A DNA stretch of 63,257 nt, filler included, from an uncultured Ignavibacteriales bacterium (GTDB lineage: Bacteria; Zixibacteria; MSB-5A5; GN15; JAAZOE01): NCBI GenBank assembly GCA_964611355.1. It is 5 parts of 5 records of this genome, joined end to end, with 100 filler letters (N's around TTAATTAATTAA, not from the genome) between each part and the next. Parts side by side here need not be neighbours in the genome. Positions count along the whole stretch, not along the records: positions 1 to 13,234 come from CAZSYD010000060.1; positions 13,335 to 26,522 come from CAZSYD010000061.1; 3 more parts are not named here. One strand, 5' to 3'. The notes beneath the pieces are model-generated. The model saw only the letters and a list, made by a program, of their open reading frames with translations, was not told where the DNA came from and did not search any database. Position 1 is the stretch's first letter. Every line of letters starts with the position of its first letter. Both the position numbers and the translations under genes were made by a program. Shown here piece by piece: positions 9,702-19,563 of this stretch.

Positions 9702-11666
9702 CTATAACTTGAAAACTTTTACCCTTTCCTCAATACCATCGGCAGAAAAACGGATAATATAAACCCCGGAAGCGACTTTTTCCCCTCTATCATTGATGCC
9801 ATGCCACGTGAACGGATTTTGATCGCCCGACCGCGTGAAAACCAACTCACCGGCAAGAGTAAATATCTCTATCACATAGCCGCCCGGAAAGGCGCGGGTC
9901 AGGTTGAAGTTGAGCGCATCACCGAAAGGATTAGGCCCGACGTATAACGGGGCTTCGCCCGTACCGGTAATAACGGTAAATTCCAACGTGTCCGCCAGAT
10001 CATTCACATAAGCGGCTACGTGGTACTGTCGGGAACCGAGCTGGCTGATATCGCCGGTGATGGCAACTTGCGCGGTATTATTACCTAAACTATCCAGAGA
10101 AAAGTTGGCGGGAAAATCAAGCTGCTCGAAAATGACCGTTTCCGCAAGAGGAGCCAGAGTACTTATGATTACGACCGTATCTCGGCCAACCGTGACCGTA
10201 ACAGGGGGAATCGGCAGGATTTCCAGAGTCCAACCCGCTGCCGAAATTATGTCCGGCAGGCCGTAGCCATACCTGTTCCCCGGATCAGGTTCGGGATAGC
10301 GGTCGCCCGATTCGATCAAGCGTCGGCGAATTTTATACGGCCTGCCGCGAAGCGAGGAATTGGCCTGAAGAATAAGCGCCGCCGAACCGGCAATGAGCGG
10401 ACACGAAAGCGAGGTGCCGGATTTATACGTATAACCACCGCCGGTGCCGGCACACCTGACATTCACTCCCATAGCCACAACTTCCGGTTTGACGCGACCG
10501 TCATAGCTTGGGCCATAAGACGAAAAACCGGCAATCGTTCCGCTTGACGTTACGGCTCCGACAGCCACGACCGAATCCCCGTCCGCGGGAGCGATAATAT
10601 AATTCCAGGCGGTTCCGGCTTCATTGCCGGCCGAAGTCACCACCAGGATACCGCGCGAAGCGGCGATATCGGCCGCAATTGTGGTCACGGCTGTATTGCC
10701 GTCCATATCGGAGTATTCGTACCAGTCGATATATCCAAGTGAAGACGAAATTATATCCGCGCCGACGGAATCGGCCCGCTCGCTTGCCAGCGCCCAATCA
10801 TCCTCTTCGATTTGCGTTTCCGACGAATAGTTTTCGGTTTTGTAGAGAGCATAATCGGCCCCGTACGCCGGACCTATCAACTCGCCCGGAAAATAGCCGC
10901 CGCAGGCTGACAGAGTGGCCGTCCCGTGATCCAACTGACTGCTTACCGGAAGCGAATCATCAATATCAGCATCGTCATTTATAAAATCCCATGTGTCGAT
11001 GATTTTTGTTCTTATCGAATCAAAAGCCGGATGGTCAATCTCGTAGCCGGTATCAAGAAAGGCGATTAATACAGCACTCCCATTGAGCGGAACACTATCA
11101 TTGTCGGCCGGAATCATTACCTTATGCAGCGAATCGATTCCGAGCATATGATTCTGGGTATACGAAGGACCATATTCGGTGCTGTCAAATGGGGGAATAA
11201 GCTCCAACTGCTTTGGTTCCGGCGCAGGATGCCGAGTCAGCGTGGCTACGATATCAATTTTTCTGACAAAACTTTCACCGGCAAGCTGTCCGATCTGGTT
11301 TTCGGTCAGGCGCGCGGAAACGGCATTCAGCCATCTTGAAGCGCGGACATCCCTGCCGCCGATTCTTTTTACATTATCAATATATTTATCTTTCACCGGC
11401 AAATCGTACCAATCGAGAGGAATATCTCTTCGCCTGACCGCCGCGCGGGCGGTCATGGTCGAGGCGGCTTTGCGATAAACGGCAGGGGTTTCATCCTTGT
11501 CGGTGAAATAAACCCAGACCTTGCGGCGCGTATCATTATCCTTAGCTGCAAGCTTTACTTGCAGTCTTTTTGACAACTTGTTAACAGCCGGAACCGGCGA
11601 AGAAAACAAAGGCGCATAACAAATGAAAAGCATCAGGAATGCATGCAAATAAAAACGGCCGTTCAT
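9702..11666 (-). CDS. Secreted S8 (subtilisin-like) peptidase with C-terminal FlgD-Ig/secretion-tail domain
   Basis: Triad FLDTG / DHGT / SGTSLS; signal peptide from ATG 11666; C-terminus PNPF...WHGINDRGEKVASGVYII. Confidence 0.9.
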   Translation of the reverse strand: MNGRFYLHAFLMLFICYAPLFSSPVPAVNKLSKRLQVKLAAKDNDTRRKVWVYFTDKDETPAVYRKAASTMTARAAVRRRDIPLDWYDLPVKDKYIDNVKRIGGRDVRASRWLNAVSARLTENQIGQLAGESFVRKIDIVATLTRHPAPEPKQLELIPPFDSTEYGPSYTQNHMLGIDSLHKVMIPADNDSVPLNGSAVLIAFLDTGYEIDHPAFDSIRTKIIDTWDFINDDADIDDSLPVSSQLDHGTATLSACGGYFPGELIGPAYGADYALYKTENYSSETQIEEDDWALASERADSVGADIISSSLGYIDWYEYSDMDGNTAVTTIAADIAASRGILVVTSAGNEAGTAWNYIIAPADGDSVVAVGAVTSSGTIAGFSSYGPSYDGRVKPEVVAMGVNVRCAGTGGGYTYKSGTSLSCPLIAGSAALILQANSSLRGRPYKIRRRLIESGDRYPEPDPGNRYGYGLPDIISAAGWTLEILPIPPVTVTVGRDTVVIISTLAPLAETVIFEQLDFPANFSLDSLGNNTAQVAITGDISQLGSRQYHVAAYVNDLADTLEFTVITGTGEAPLYVGPNPFGDALNFNLTRAFPGGYVIEIFTLAGELVFTRSGDQNPFTWHGINDRGEKVASGVYIIRFSADGIEERVKVFKL

Positions 11667-11807
11667 TTTATCCTTCCCCGCGCTTTGGTTATTTGCGCAT
11701 CCGTTGTCATAACCATTGAATCGGCTCAAAAGTTAGCGGATATTATATGCGTCAACAAGTTATTTTTGCGCCACGCAATACACGACGATAATGTGCGAAG
11801 TTTTCTT

Positions 11808-11867
11808 TTGCCTGCAGCGGCGGCGGGCGATATATTCTTCCGAGTCGGTTGATTAATGACAACCGAC
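11808..11867 (+). promoter_or_regulatory. sigma70 promoter followed by an 8-bp inverted repeat upstream of the symporter
   Basis: TTGCCT-N17-TATATT (11808-11836); GTCGGTTG-N8-CAACCGAC (11844-11867). Confidence 0.5.
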
Positions 11868-11895
11868 GATTTATCATCGGACGGAGAATTTCTTT

Positions 11896-13230
11896 TTGGA
11901 GTTATTCGGAAATTTCTGGACCGCCGCGGTTGACATCGCCTGGGGACTGCCGCTGGTAATCCTTGTTATCTCGGCCGGAATCTATTTTACCGTCGCCTGT
12001 CGGTTTCTTCCGTTTCGCGGTCTCCGACACGCGATCAACATCCTCAGGGGTAAATTCGACAACCCGGACGATCCCGGAGAGATCAACCACTTCCAAGCTC
12101 TCTCGTCTGCTCTGTCCGCGACTATCGGAATGGGCAATATCGCGGGAGTAGCCATCGCCGTATCGCTCGGAGGGCCCGGCGCGGTCTTCTGGATGTGGGT
12201 CGCCGGTCTGGTGGGTATGTCAACCAAGTTTTTCACCTGTACTCTGGCCTGTTTCTATCGTAAAAAAGACGAAAGGGGGATCGAGCAGGGCGGCCCGATG
12301 TATTATATCGAAGTCGGTCTGGGAAAATACTTCAAACCCCTGGCGGTTATGTTTGCCGTCTTCGGCATGATCGGATGCCTGGCCATGTTTCAGACGAATC
12401 AATTATCCGGCCTTTTGCACAACGATTATGGCATCAGCCGACCTCTGACCGGCCTGGTCTGCATAATTATCGTCGGCGTGGTTATTCTTGGCGGCATCGT
12501 CCGGGTCGGTCTGGTAACCAGCAGAATAGTCCCCGCCATGTTCATACTTTACGTCATCTCGGCGCTTTACGTGATACTCGGTAACGCCGCAGCCGTCCCG
12601 GAACTTCTGAAATCAATCGTTACCTCGGCGTTTGGCGGCCGGGCCCTTGTCGGTGGCGGCACCGGCGTGGCGTTTACGACGGTGCTTATAACCGGTATCA
12701 AGCGAGCCGCCTTTTCCAATGAAGCGGGTATCGGCACCGCTCCGATGGCGCACGGAGCGGCCAAAACCAAAGAGCCGGTGCGTGAAGGTCTTATTGCGAT
12801 GCTGGGGCCGTTTATCGACACCAACCTGGTATGCACCATGACCGCGCTGGTCATTCTCTCGACCGGCGTTCCCGCCGCCGAAGACGGAGTGGTAATGACC
12901 GTCAATGCTTTCGATCAGGCCATACCGGGTCTCGGCCGGTATATCCTCACTCTGGTTATCGTGCTGTTCTCGATATCGACAATGATTTCCTATTCATATT
13001 ACAGCCTGAAATGTTCGCGTTACCTGTTCGGTTACAAATTCGGGGGTTACTATGTTTATATATATATCATCAGTCTTTTCTTTTCCGCCGTCTGGACTCA
13101 GGATATAGTCATTAATATCCTCGATACTTCGTTTGCCATGATGGCGATACCTACGTTGATCGGCACGCTCCTTTTATCTCCCAAAGTAGTGAAAGCCACC
13201 CGGGATTATTTCCGAAGAATGAAAATGTAG
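11896..13230 (+). CDS. Alanine/glycine:cation symporter (AGCS/AlsT family)
   Basis: ATIGMGNIAGVA, GGPGAVFWMW, GGPMYYI, FSNEAGIGTAP, FIDT; GGAG RBS before TTG. Confidence 0.95.
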   Translation: MELFGNFWTAAVDIAWGLPLVILVISAGIYFTVACRFLPFRGLRHAINILRGKFDNPDDPGEINHFQALSSALSATIGMGNIAGVAIAVSLGGPGAVFWMWVAGLVGMSTKFFTCTLACFYRKKDERGIEQGGPMYYIEVGLGKYFKPLAVMFAVFGMIGCLAMFQTNQLSGLLHNDYGISRPLTGLVCIIIVGVVILGGIVRVGLVTSRIVPAMFILYVISALYVILGNAAAVPELLKSIVTSAFGGRALVGGGTGVAFTTVLITGIKRAAFSNEAGIGTAPMAHGAAKTKEPVREGLIAMLGPFIDTNLVCTMTALVILSTGVPAAEDGVVMTVNAFDQAIPGLGRYILTLVIVLFSISTMISYSYYSLKCSRYLFGYKFGGYYVYIYIISLFFSAVWTQDIVINILDTSFAMMAIPTLIGTLLLSPKVVKATRDYFRRMKM

Positions 13231-13234
13231 CAAC

Positions 13235-13334
13235 NNNNNNNNNNNNNNNNNNNNNNNNNNNNNNNNNNNNNNNNNNNNTTAATTAATTAANNNNNNNNNN
13301 NNNNNNNNNNNNNNNNNNNNNNNNNNNNNNNNNN
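13235..13334. other. Artificial contig linker
   Basis: N-run + TTAATTAATTAA (stops in all six frames) + N-run. Confidence 0.99.
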
Positions 13335-13342
13335 AATCAGCC

Positions 13343-13369
13343 TAAACCGATAACAACACCCGCCGATAA
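13343..13369 (+). promoter_or_regulatory. sigma28 (FliA/SigD/WhiG)-type promoter
   Basis: TAAA-N15-GCCGATAA, exact consensus. Confidence 0.6.
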
Positions 13370-13411
13370 ACATATGAGAAAGCTTAAAGCAAAAAAATTA
13401 ATTTTAAGGGC

Positions 13412-13439
13412 TTGACAGATTAAGGTTTTATGGTATAAT
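13412..13439 (+). promoter_or_regulatory. sigma70 promoter of the rplM operon
   Basis: TTGACA-N16-TATAAT with TG extended -10. Confidence 0.85.
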
Positions 13440-13479
13440 ATCGGGCTCTGAATTGTGGAAAAACCGATTTCTGGAGTAG

Positions 13480-13914
13480 ATGATGAAAACTTACATGCCC
13501 AAGCCTTCGGATATTGACCGGAAATGGTATGTGATTGATCTGAAAGACGCCATCCTCGGCCGGGCGGCGGGCAAAATCGCCGATGTTCTGCGAGGTAAGA
13601 ACAAACCTATCTTTTCGCCGCATGTTGATTGCGGCGATCATATAATCGTTATCAATGCCCGTCACGTGGCTCTAACCGGCCGGAAAGCGACCGATAAAAA
13701 GTATTATCGCCATACCGGTTATCCGGGCGGACTCAGGGAGCGTACCTTCAAGCAGGAGATCGAAAAATTTCCGGAGAGGGTCGTGGAAAAAGCCGTACGG
13801 GGTATGATTCCTCACAATCGCCTGGGCCGGAAGGTATTCAAAAAGCTTCATGTGTATCCTGATGATTATCATCCTCATCAGGCTCAGAAGCCGGAACCGT
13901 TAAAACTGTCTTAA
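13480..13914 (+). CDS. rplM: 50S ribosomal protein L13
   Basis: WYVID, LRGKNKPIFSPHVDCGD, YYRHTGYPGG, HPHQAQKP. Confidence 0.98.
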   Translation: MMKTYMPKPSDIDRKWYVIDLKDAILGRAAGKIADVLRGKNKPIFSPHVDCGDHIIVINARHVALTGRKATDKKYYRHTGYPGGLRERTFKQEIEKFPERVVEKAVRGMIPHNRLGRKVFKKLHVYPDDYHPHQAQKPEPLKLS

Positions 13915-13927
13915 GTTGGAATAGATA

Positions 13928-14341
13928 ATGGAAGAAACCGAAGAGAAAACATTACCCGGATTTTACGGCGCTACCGGCCGTCGCAAAGAGGCGATATGTC
14001 GGGTTGACCTTAAGGTCGGATCGGGGAAAATCGTTATCAACGGCCGCACCAAGGAAAATTATCTCTGCCGTGACGTGCTGATCAGGCATATCATGGAGCC
14101 GCTGGAGGTGGTGGAGATGGTTGACCGGTTTGATATCTCCGCCAAGACAAAAGGCGGCGGTGTGAGCGGCCAGGCCGGGGCAATGCGGCTGGCAATCGCG
14201 CGGGCGTTGACGCTTTACGATCCGGAATTGCGCAAGACGTTGAAAAAAGGCGGATTTCTGACCGTCGATGCCCGCCGGGTGGAACGGAAGAAATACGGGC
14301 AACCCAAGGCTCGTAAACGCTTCCAGTTCTCCAAGCGTTAA
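13928..14341 (+). CDS. rpsI: 30S ribosomal protein S9
   Basis: ATGRRK, GGGVSGQAGA, ERKKYGQPKARKRFQFSKR. Confidence 0.98.
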   Translation: MEETEEKTLPGFYGATGRRKEAICRVDLKVGSGKIVINGRTKENYLCRDVLIRHIMEPLEVVEMVDRFDISAKTKGGGVSGQAGAMRLAIARALTLYDPELRKTLKKGGFLTVDARRVERKKYGQPKARKRFQFSKR

Positions 14342-14359
14342 GGTTTTGGATTTACAAAT

Positions 14360-14437
14360 AAGCACATCCCCGGACTCGTGCGGGGGTCCGTATCACGCGG
14401 CCCGCCGGGGTTGAAAGGGATGGAAGTCAAAAAACCG
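14360..14437 (+). ncRNA. t44-like / S2 autoregulatory leader of rpsB-tsf
   Basis: CACATCCC...GGGATG-GAAG...AAACC layout: CATCCC (14365-70) pairs with GGGATG (14417-22) around a GC-rich inner hairpin, directly 5' of rpsB as for t44. Confidence 0.65.
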
Positions 14438-14451
14438 GAAAGGTCCTTTCA

Positions 14452-15264
14452 ATGATTGATCCTCGAGTCAAACAACTGCTCGAAGCCGGAGTCCATTTCG
14501 GGCATCAGACCCGCCGCTGGAATCCCAAGATGAAGCCGTTTATTTTCACCGCCCGCAACGGCATCTATATTATTGATCTCAAGAAAACGCTCACGGCGAT
14601 CGACGCCGCCAAAAGGAAAATCAGGGAAGTCGTTTCCAGCGGCAAATCGATTCTTTTTGTCGGCACCAAAAAGCAGGCCAAGGGCGTTATCCGCGAGGAA
14701 GCCGAACGGGTCGGCGCCTTTTTTGTTGCGGAACGATGGCTGGGCGGTATGCTGACCAATTTCCATACCATCAAGAGCGGCATCAAAAGGCTTAAAAATA
14801 TCGAGAAGATGGAACAAGACGGTACCCTCGAAAAATACACCAAGAAAGAGACTATTTCAATTGAGCGGCAGAAAGAGCGTCTGGTGAAGGTTATCGGCGG
14901 TATCAAGGAAATGACCCAGTTGCCGGGCCTGGTCTATGTCGTCGATTGTAAAAAGGAGAAGATCGCAGTGGCCGAGGCGGCCAAGCTGAATATCCCGATT
15001 GTGGCCATCATCGACACCAATGCCGATCCCGATCTTGTCGATTTCCCAATTGCGGCCAATGACGACGCCATCAAATCGATCCGCATTATAACCAGGGAAA
15101 TCTCCGATGCGGTTTATCAAGCAAAGCACGGGGCGACGGTAACTGAAATGGCGGGCGAGAAGGATTTATCCGGATATCAGGGCGCATCGACGGAAGAGAC
15201 TCCTGAAATCGTCCCGACCTCGGAAAAAGATACCGAAGACAAATCAGGCCATACCGAGATTTAA
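14452..15264 (+). CDS. rpsB: 30S ribosomal protein S2
   Basis: [37 protein letters not shown]. Confidence 0.98.
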   Translation: MIDPRVKQLLEAGVHFGHQTRRWNPKMKPFIFTARNGIYIIDLKKTLTAIDAAKRKIREVVSSGKSILFVGTKKQAKGVIREEAERVGAFFVAERWLGGMLTNFHTIKSGIKRLKNIEKMEQDGTLEKYTKKETISIERQKERLVKVIGGIKEMTQLPGLVYVVDCKKEKIAVAEAAKLNIPIVAIIDTNADPDLVDFPIAANDDAIKSIRIITREISDAVYQAKHGATVTEMAGEKDLSGYQGASTEETPEIVPTSEKDTEDKSGHTEI

Positions 15265-15289
15265 GCATATATTAAGGAGAGTTGGCGCC

Positions 15290-15886
15290 ATGGCTGAGAT
15301 TACTGCGAAGATGGTCAAAGAGCTGCGGGACAAAACCGGAGCGGGAATGATGGATTGCAAGAAAGCCCTGGCAGAATGCGACGGTGATGCAGAAAAGGCC
15401 ATAAAACATCTGCGCGAAAAAGGTATCGCTTCGGCCGCCAAAAAGGCGGGACGGGAAACCAGTGAGGGAACTATTTTTTCTTATATACATCCCGGCGACA
15501 AGCTGGGCGTTCTGGTCGAGATAAACTGCGAGACTGATTTTGTCGCACGTACTAATGATTTCAGGACCTTCGGAAAAAATATCGCCATGCAGGTCGCGGC
15601 GGCTGATCCCAGGGTGGTCAGACGCAATGACCTGACTCAGGAGATCATCGATTCGGAGAAGGAAGTCTATCGCAATCAGGCCAAACGGGAAGGCAAGTCG
15701 GAGAAGATCATTGACAAAATCGTCGAGGGGAAAATCGAGAAGTTTTACTCCGAAGCGTGCCTGATGGAACAACCGTTCATCAAGGACACCGACCGAACGA
15801 TTTCTGATATTGCTACCGAAACGATTTCAAAACTTGGCGAAAATATCAAGATTCGCCGGTTTATTCGTTATCGCCTGGGGGAGTAA
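15290..15886 (+). CDS. tsf: Elongation factor Ts (short, about 200-aa form)
   Basis: [29 protein letters not shown]. Confidence 0.97.
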   Translation: MAEITAKMVKELRDKTGAGMMDCKKALAECDGDAEKAIKHLREKGIASAAKKAGRETSEGTIFSYIHPGDKLGVLVEINCETDFVARTNDFRTFGKNIAMQVAAADPRVVRRNDLTQEIIDSEKEVYRNQAKREGKSEKIIDKIVEGKIEKFYSEACLMEQPFIKDTDRTISDIATETISKLGENIKIRRFIRYRLGE

Positions 15887-15889
15887 TCC

Positions 15890-16606
15890 ATGGGGGACCG
15901 GCCCCGGTATAAACGCATCATGATTAAACTGTCGGGCGAACGCCTGATGGGACAAGATAATTATGGCCTCGACCCGGAAGCGGTCGAACGGATTTGCCGT
16001 CAGATGAAGCGATTGAAGGAAGCCGGAGTCGAAGTCGGTATTGTTGTCGGCGGCGGCAACATCTTCCGGGGATTAAAAGCGTCCAGGTCCGGAATGGATC
16101 GGGTCAACGCCGATTATATGGGGATGCTGGCCACGGTTATAAATTCCCTGGCTCTCCAGGATCGGCTGGAAAAACTCGGTGTCCATACCCGGGTTATGTC
16201 CGCGGTGAGGATGGACGATTTTGCGGAGAAATATATTCGTCGCCGCGCCGTGCGACACCTGGAAAAAGGCCGGATAGTTATCCTGGCTGCCGGAACGGGG
16301 AATCCCTTTTTCACCACCGATACGGCGGCGGCGCTGCGAGCGGTTGAAATCGGCGCCGAGCTTATATTGAAGGGAACCCGGGTCGACGGCGTTTACAGCG
16401 CTGACCCGGAGATCGATAAGGACGCTTCTTTTTATTCCGAAATTTCCTATCATGAGGTGCTTACCAGGGAATTAAATGTAATGGACGCTTCGTCAATCGC
16501 CCTGTGCAGGGAAAATAATATCCCGATCCGCGTTTTCAATCTAAATGTTGAAGATAACCTGTATCGCGCAGGAATGGGCGAAAAGCTTGGAACTCTGGTT
16601 CATTAG
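15890..16606 (+). CDS. pyrH: Uridylate kinase
   Basis: [29 protein letters not shown]. Confidence 0.97.
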   Translation: MGDRPRYKRIMIKLSGERLMGQDNYGLDPEAVERICRQMKRLKEAGVEVGIVVGGGNIFRGLKASRSGMDRVNADYMGMLATVINSLALQDRLEKLGVHTRVMSAVRMDDFAEKYIRRRAVRHLEKGRIVILAAGTGNPFFTTDTAAALRAVEIGAELILKGTRVDGVYSADPEIDKDASFYSEISYHEVLTRELNVMDASSIALCRENNIPIRVFNLNVEDNLYRAGMGEKLGTLVH

Positions 16607-16620
16607 GAGGGAGTCTGATC

Positions 16621-17178
16621 ATGATGGATGAAATCAAGGCAGAAGCCGAGGGCAGAATGAAAAAATCAGTCGAGTCGGTATCCAATGAACTATTCGGTAT
16701 CCGCTCCGGCAAGGCGACAACCGCTTTGCTCGACAACGTCAAAGTCGATGCCTATGGTCAAAAGACGTCTTTGAACCAGATGGCCTCAATTTCCGTTCCG
16801 GACCCCAAATCACTGGTAGTACAACCGTGGGATAAAAACCTTGTTGGAAATATCGTCAAGGCGATACAGGCCGCCGAACTGGGATTTAATCCGCAAGTTG
16901 AGGGGAATATCGTAAGAGTCCCGGTTCCTCCGTTGTCGGAGGAGCGGCGACTCGATCTGGCCAGGATTTGCAAAAAGATCGGCGAGGAGGGAAAAGTGGC
17001 CGTTCGCAATATCCGGCGCGACGCCAATGAAAAGCTGAAGAAGGCTGAAAAAGATAAACAGATTTCTCAGGATGAACAGCACAAAGGCAATGACCTTATC
17101 CAGAAGGCAACCGACGAGTACTCCAAAGAGATTGACGAACTGGTGGCCGCAAAGGAAAAGGAAATAATGTCGGTTTAA
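16621..17178 (+). CDS. frr: Ribosome recycling factor
   Basis: IRSGKA, VQPWDK, PPLSEERR, VRNIRRD. Confidence 0.97.
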   Translation: MMDEIKAEAEGRMKKSVESVSNELFGIRSGKATTALLDNVKVDAYGQKTSLNQMASISVPDPKSLVVQPWDKNLVGNIVKAIQAAELGFNPQVEGNIVRVPVPPLSEERRLDLARICKKIGEEGKVAVRNIRRDANEKLKKAEKDKQISQDEQHKGNDLIQKATDEYSKEIDELVAAKEKEIMSV

Positions 17179-17295
17179 GCGCCAGGTTCCGCAATAAGCG
17201 TTTCACCGCTGCCATGATTCGGCTTTACGGGAGAGGCCGGCAATTTACCTGTTCATCCCGAATATGTTTTGCCTGAGGAATAGGCTCAACATCTA

Positions 17296-17712
17296 TTAAC
17301 CGGTCTCTTCATTTCCCTTGACTAAGATATTTTCCAATTTGGCCTTGAGAATATCGCCAATTGACACAATTCCACAAAGTTCGTTGTTGTCATCAATGAT
17401 CGGCAGATGCCGAATACGATTCTCGGTCAAGAGCTGGGCTACGTAATCGATATCATCCTCGGGTTTACCCAGGATCAGCTTGCCGGTCATATTATCCCCG
17501 ACCTTCATATCCATCATGTCGCCGCGATACCTGGAGGCGAGATGAAAAATATCACGTTCCGTTATTATGCCAATCGGGTTTGCATCGTCCTCGACGACTA
17601 TCAGGGAACCGATCTTGTTTTCGATCAGCAGCTTCATGGCGTACTGTATGGTTTTGAGGGAATCGATGGTAATCGGGGCCGGCTTGGATTTAATCAAATC
17701 GCCAATCTTCAT
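17296..17712 (-). CDS. Stand-alone CBS-pair protein
   Basis: IGSLIVV, GIITERD, RIRHLPII, GIVSIGD; AAGGAG RBS before ATG 17712. Confidence 0.9.
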   Translation of the reverse strand: MKIGDLIKSKPAPITIDSLKTIQYAMKLLIENKIGSLIVVEDDANPIGIITERDIFHLASRYRGDMMDMKVGDNMTGKLILGKPEDDIDYVAQLLTENRIRHLPIIDDNNELCGIVSIGDILKAKLENILVKGNEETG

Positions 17713-17939
17713 GATGGTCTCCTTTGCAAAGAGAAAATTAATATAGTATACGAGTTCGATCTTAGATAGTCCACCAAAATCTGATCCGGTTCCCAAATAG
17801 GCAATCGGTTTTGTCATAAGCTGATAAACAGAAAACCTCCCGGGGAAAAGGAGATTCCTTTAACATTCTATTACAATGGCGGAGTTGCCTGTTGTTATCA
17901 GTTTATTGATTCACGTCCGATTGAAAAACAAAATTTGCC

Positions 17940-17968
17940 TTGCTGAAATATTGCTTTGGTTGTAGAAT
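17940..17968 (+). promoter_or_regulatory. sigma70 promoter of uppS (probably leaderless)
   Basis: TTGCTG-N17-TAGAAT ending 6 nt before ATG 17975; no SD. Confidence 0.5.
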
Positions 17969-17974
17969 GAATTG

Positions 17975-18727
17975 ATGGATAAAGAACTGGCCAGGGAAAT
18001 TAAGGGAATAAAAACCAGCGGTAAATGCCCGGTTCATGTGGCTATAATTATGGACGGCAACGGCCGCTGGGCGAGCAAACGGGGACTGCCGCGAACCGAA
18101 GGGCACAGCGCCGGCGTTAAGGCGGTAAGACAGGTAGTCGAAATCGCCTCCGAGATCGGGGTTAAATACCTGACTCTTTACACCTTCTCTGTCGAGAACT
18201 GGAAACGACCCAAAGATGAAGTGGCTTCGCTGATGGAACTGCTGTCCAGGACGACGCTGAAAGAACTGGACGATCTCATGCAAAACAACGTTCGGCTTAT
18301 CGTAACCGGCCGGATTGACGAACTGCCGATGGCGCGCCGGGAGGTGCTCAAATCAGCCATCAGGAAGACTTCCAATAACACCGGCCTGACGCTGAATCTG
18401 GCCCTCAACTACGGTGGCCGGACCGAAATCGTTGACGCGGTCAGGGCTATTGCACGCGAGGTGCACAAAGGAAATATATCCCCCGATAAAATTGACGATG
18501 ACCTTTTTTCGAGTTATCTCTATACCGCCAAATTACCCGATCCCGATCTTTTAATAAGGACTTCGGGCGAAATGCGACTGTCGAATTTCCTTATCTGGCA
18601 GACGTCTTACACCGAAATGTATATCACCGATACTCTCTGGCCCGATTTCGGCAAAGCCGAGTTTGCGGCAGCTATCAGGGATTACATTAAACGAGACCGC
18701 CGTTTCGGACGGGTCACTTTATCATGA
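17975..18727 (+). CDS. uppS: Undecaprenyl/isoprenyl diphosphate synthase
   Basis: HVAIIMDGNGRWA, FSVENWKRP, NYGGR, IRTSGEMRLSNFLIWQ. Confidence 0.97.
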   Translation: MDKELAREIKGIKTSGKCPVHVAIIMDGNGRWASKRGLPRTEGHSAGVKAVRQVVEIASEIGVKYLTLYTFSVENWKRPKDEVASLMELLSRTTLKELDDLMQNNVRLIVTGRIDELPMARREVLKSAIRKTSNNTGLTLNLALNYGGRTEIVDAVRAIAREVHKGNISPDKIDDDLFSSYLYTAKLPDPDLLIRTSGEMRLSNFLIWQTSYTEMYITDTLWPDFGKAEFAAAIRDYIKRDRRFGRVTLS

Positions 18728-19563
18728 TTTCGAAAAACCTCGCCCGAAGACTGGCTGTCGCCGCCGTCGCCATACCGGCCATTCTATTTATGGTTTTTCG
18801 CGGAGGCGATTTATTTCTTTATTTCATTTTGCTCCTCGCTGTGATAGGCATCTATGAATATCTTAAAAACGGCGGTTTTGCACTCCGTTCCCCGTTCTTT
18901 TTCGTTCCATTTATCGGGGCAGTCGGTTCGGTTTATTTCATCGCGACCGGCCCGGCTGTCGTCGGCGGATTTCTGCTGCTCGGGATATTTCTACTGATCG
19001 GAATTATGCTGGCCATCGGCAGAGATCCGGTAGAAAAGCTTTTTCCCCGGCTGACATATATTATATGGGGAAGCATCTACATCGGGGCCTTGTATCCTTT
19101 TGTTTATCTAATCAGGGGAGAGGCCGACTGGATGGGGCCTGCTCCCGGCCGCTGGTGGATGTTTCTGCTTCTGGGATCGCTCTGGCTGGGCGATACGGCG
19201 GCATTCTTTTTTGGCCGGCGATTTGGCCGCCATAAGCTGGCTCCCGTTGTTTCGCCGAAAAAAACAATCGAGGGATTTATCGGCGGATTTATCGGGACCT
19301 TTTTGGCGGCCGCGATCTTTAAGATTTTCTGGCTGCCGGGGGTCGATGTTATCCACTTTCTGGCAATATCGATACTGATCGCGCTGTTCGGCCAGCTTGG
19401 CGATCTGGTCGAGTCGCTCTGGAAACGATCGCTGGGTATCAAAGATTCCTCGGCCATTATTCCGGGGCACGGGGGCGTGCTTGATCGTTTTGATTCACTT
19501 CTTTTTGCCGCGCCTGTGCTGTACCTGTATATGAAATACATATTGCAAATGGCATGGCTGTAA
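18724..19563 (+). CDS. cdsA: Phosphatidate cytidylyltransferase
   Basis: SPKKTIEG, GDLVESLWKR...KDS...IPGHGGVLDRFDS. Confidence 0.96.
   Translation: MISKNLARRLAVAAVAIPAILFMVFRGGDLFLYFILLLAVIGIYEYLKNGGFALRSPFFFVPFIGAVGSVYFIATGPAVVGGFLLLGIFLLIGIMLAIGRDPVEKLFPRLTYIIWGSIYIGALYPFVYLIRGEADWMGPAPGRWWMFLLLGSLWLGDTAAFFFGRRFGRHKLAPVVSPKKTIEGFIGGFIGTFLAAAIFKIFWLPGVDVIHFLAISILIALFGQLGDLVESLWKRSLGIKDSSAIIPGHGGVLDRFDSLLFAAPVLYLYMKYILQMAWL

Noticed and set aside
11730..11895. Glycine riboswitch before the Ala/Gly symporter
   Set aside because: Predicted leader is only about 50 nt and lacks the GGAGA...CCGAAG...CTCAGG aptamer pattern
13279..13290. TTAATTAATTAA repeated four times in the window
   Set aside because: Synthetic six-frame stop linker inside N-runs, not a biological repeat or CRISPR
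13374..13415. 13-aa ORF MRKLKAKKLILRA after the sigma28 site
   Set aside because: ATG only 4 nt after the -10 box, no SD, and it overlaps the AT-rich UP element of the rplM promoter; likely chance
15290..15886. EF-Ts looks truncated
   Set aside because: The about 200-aa form is a known full-length variant (Thermus type)
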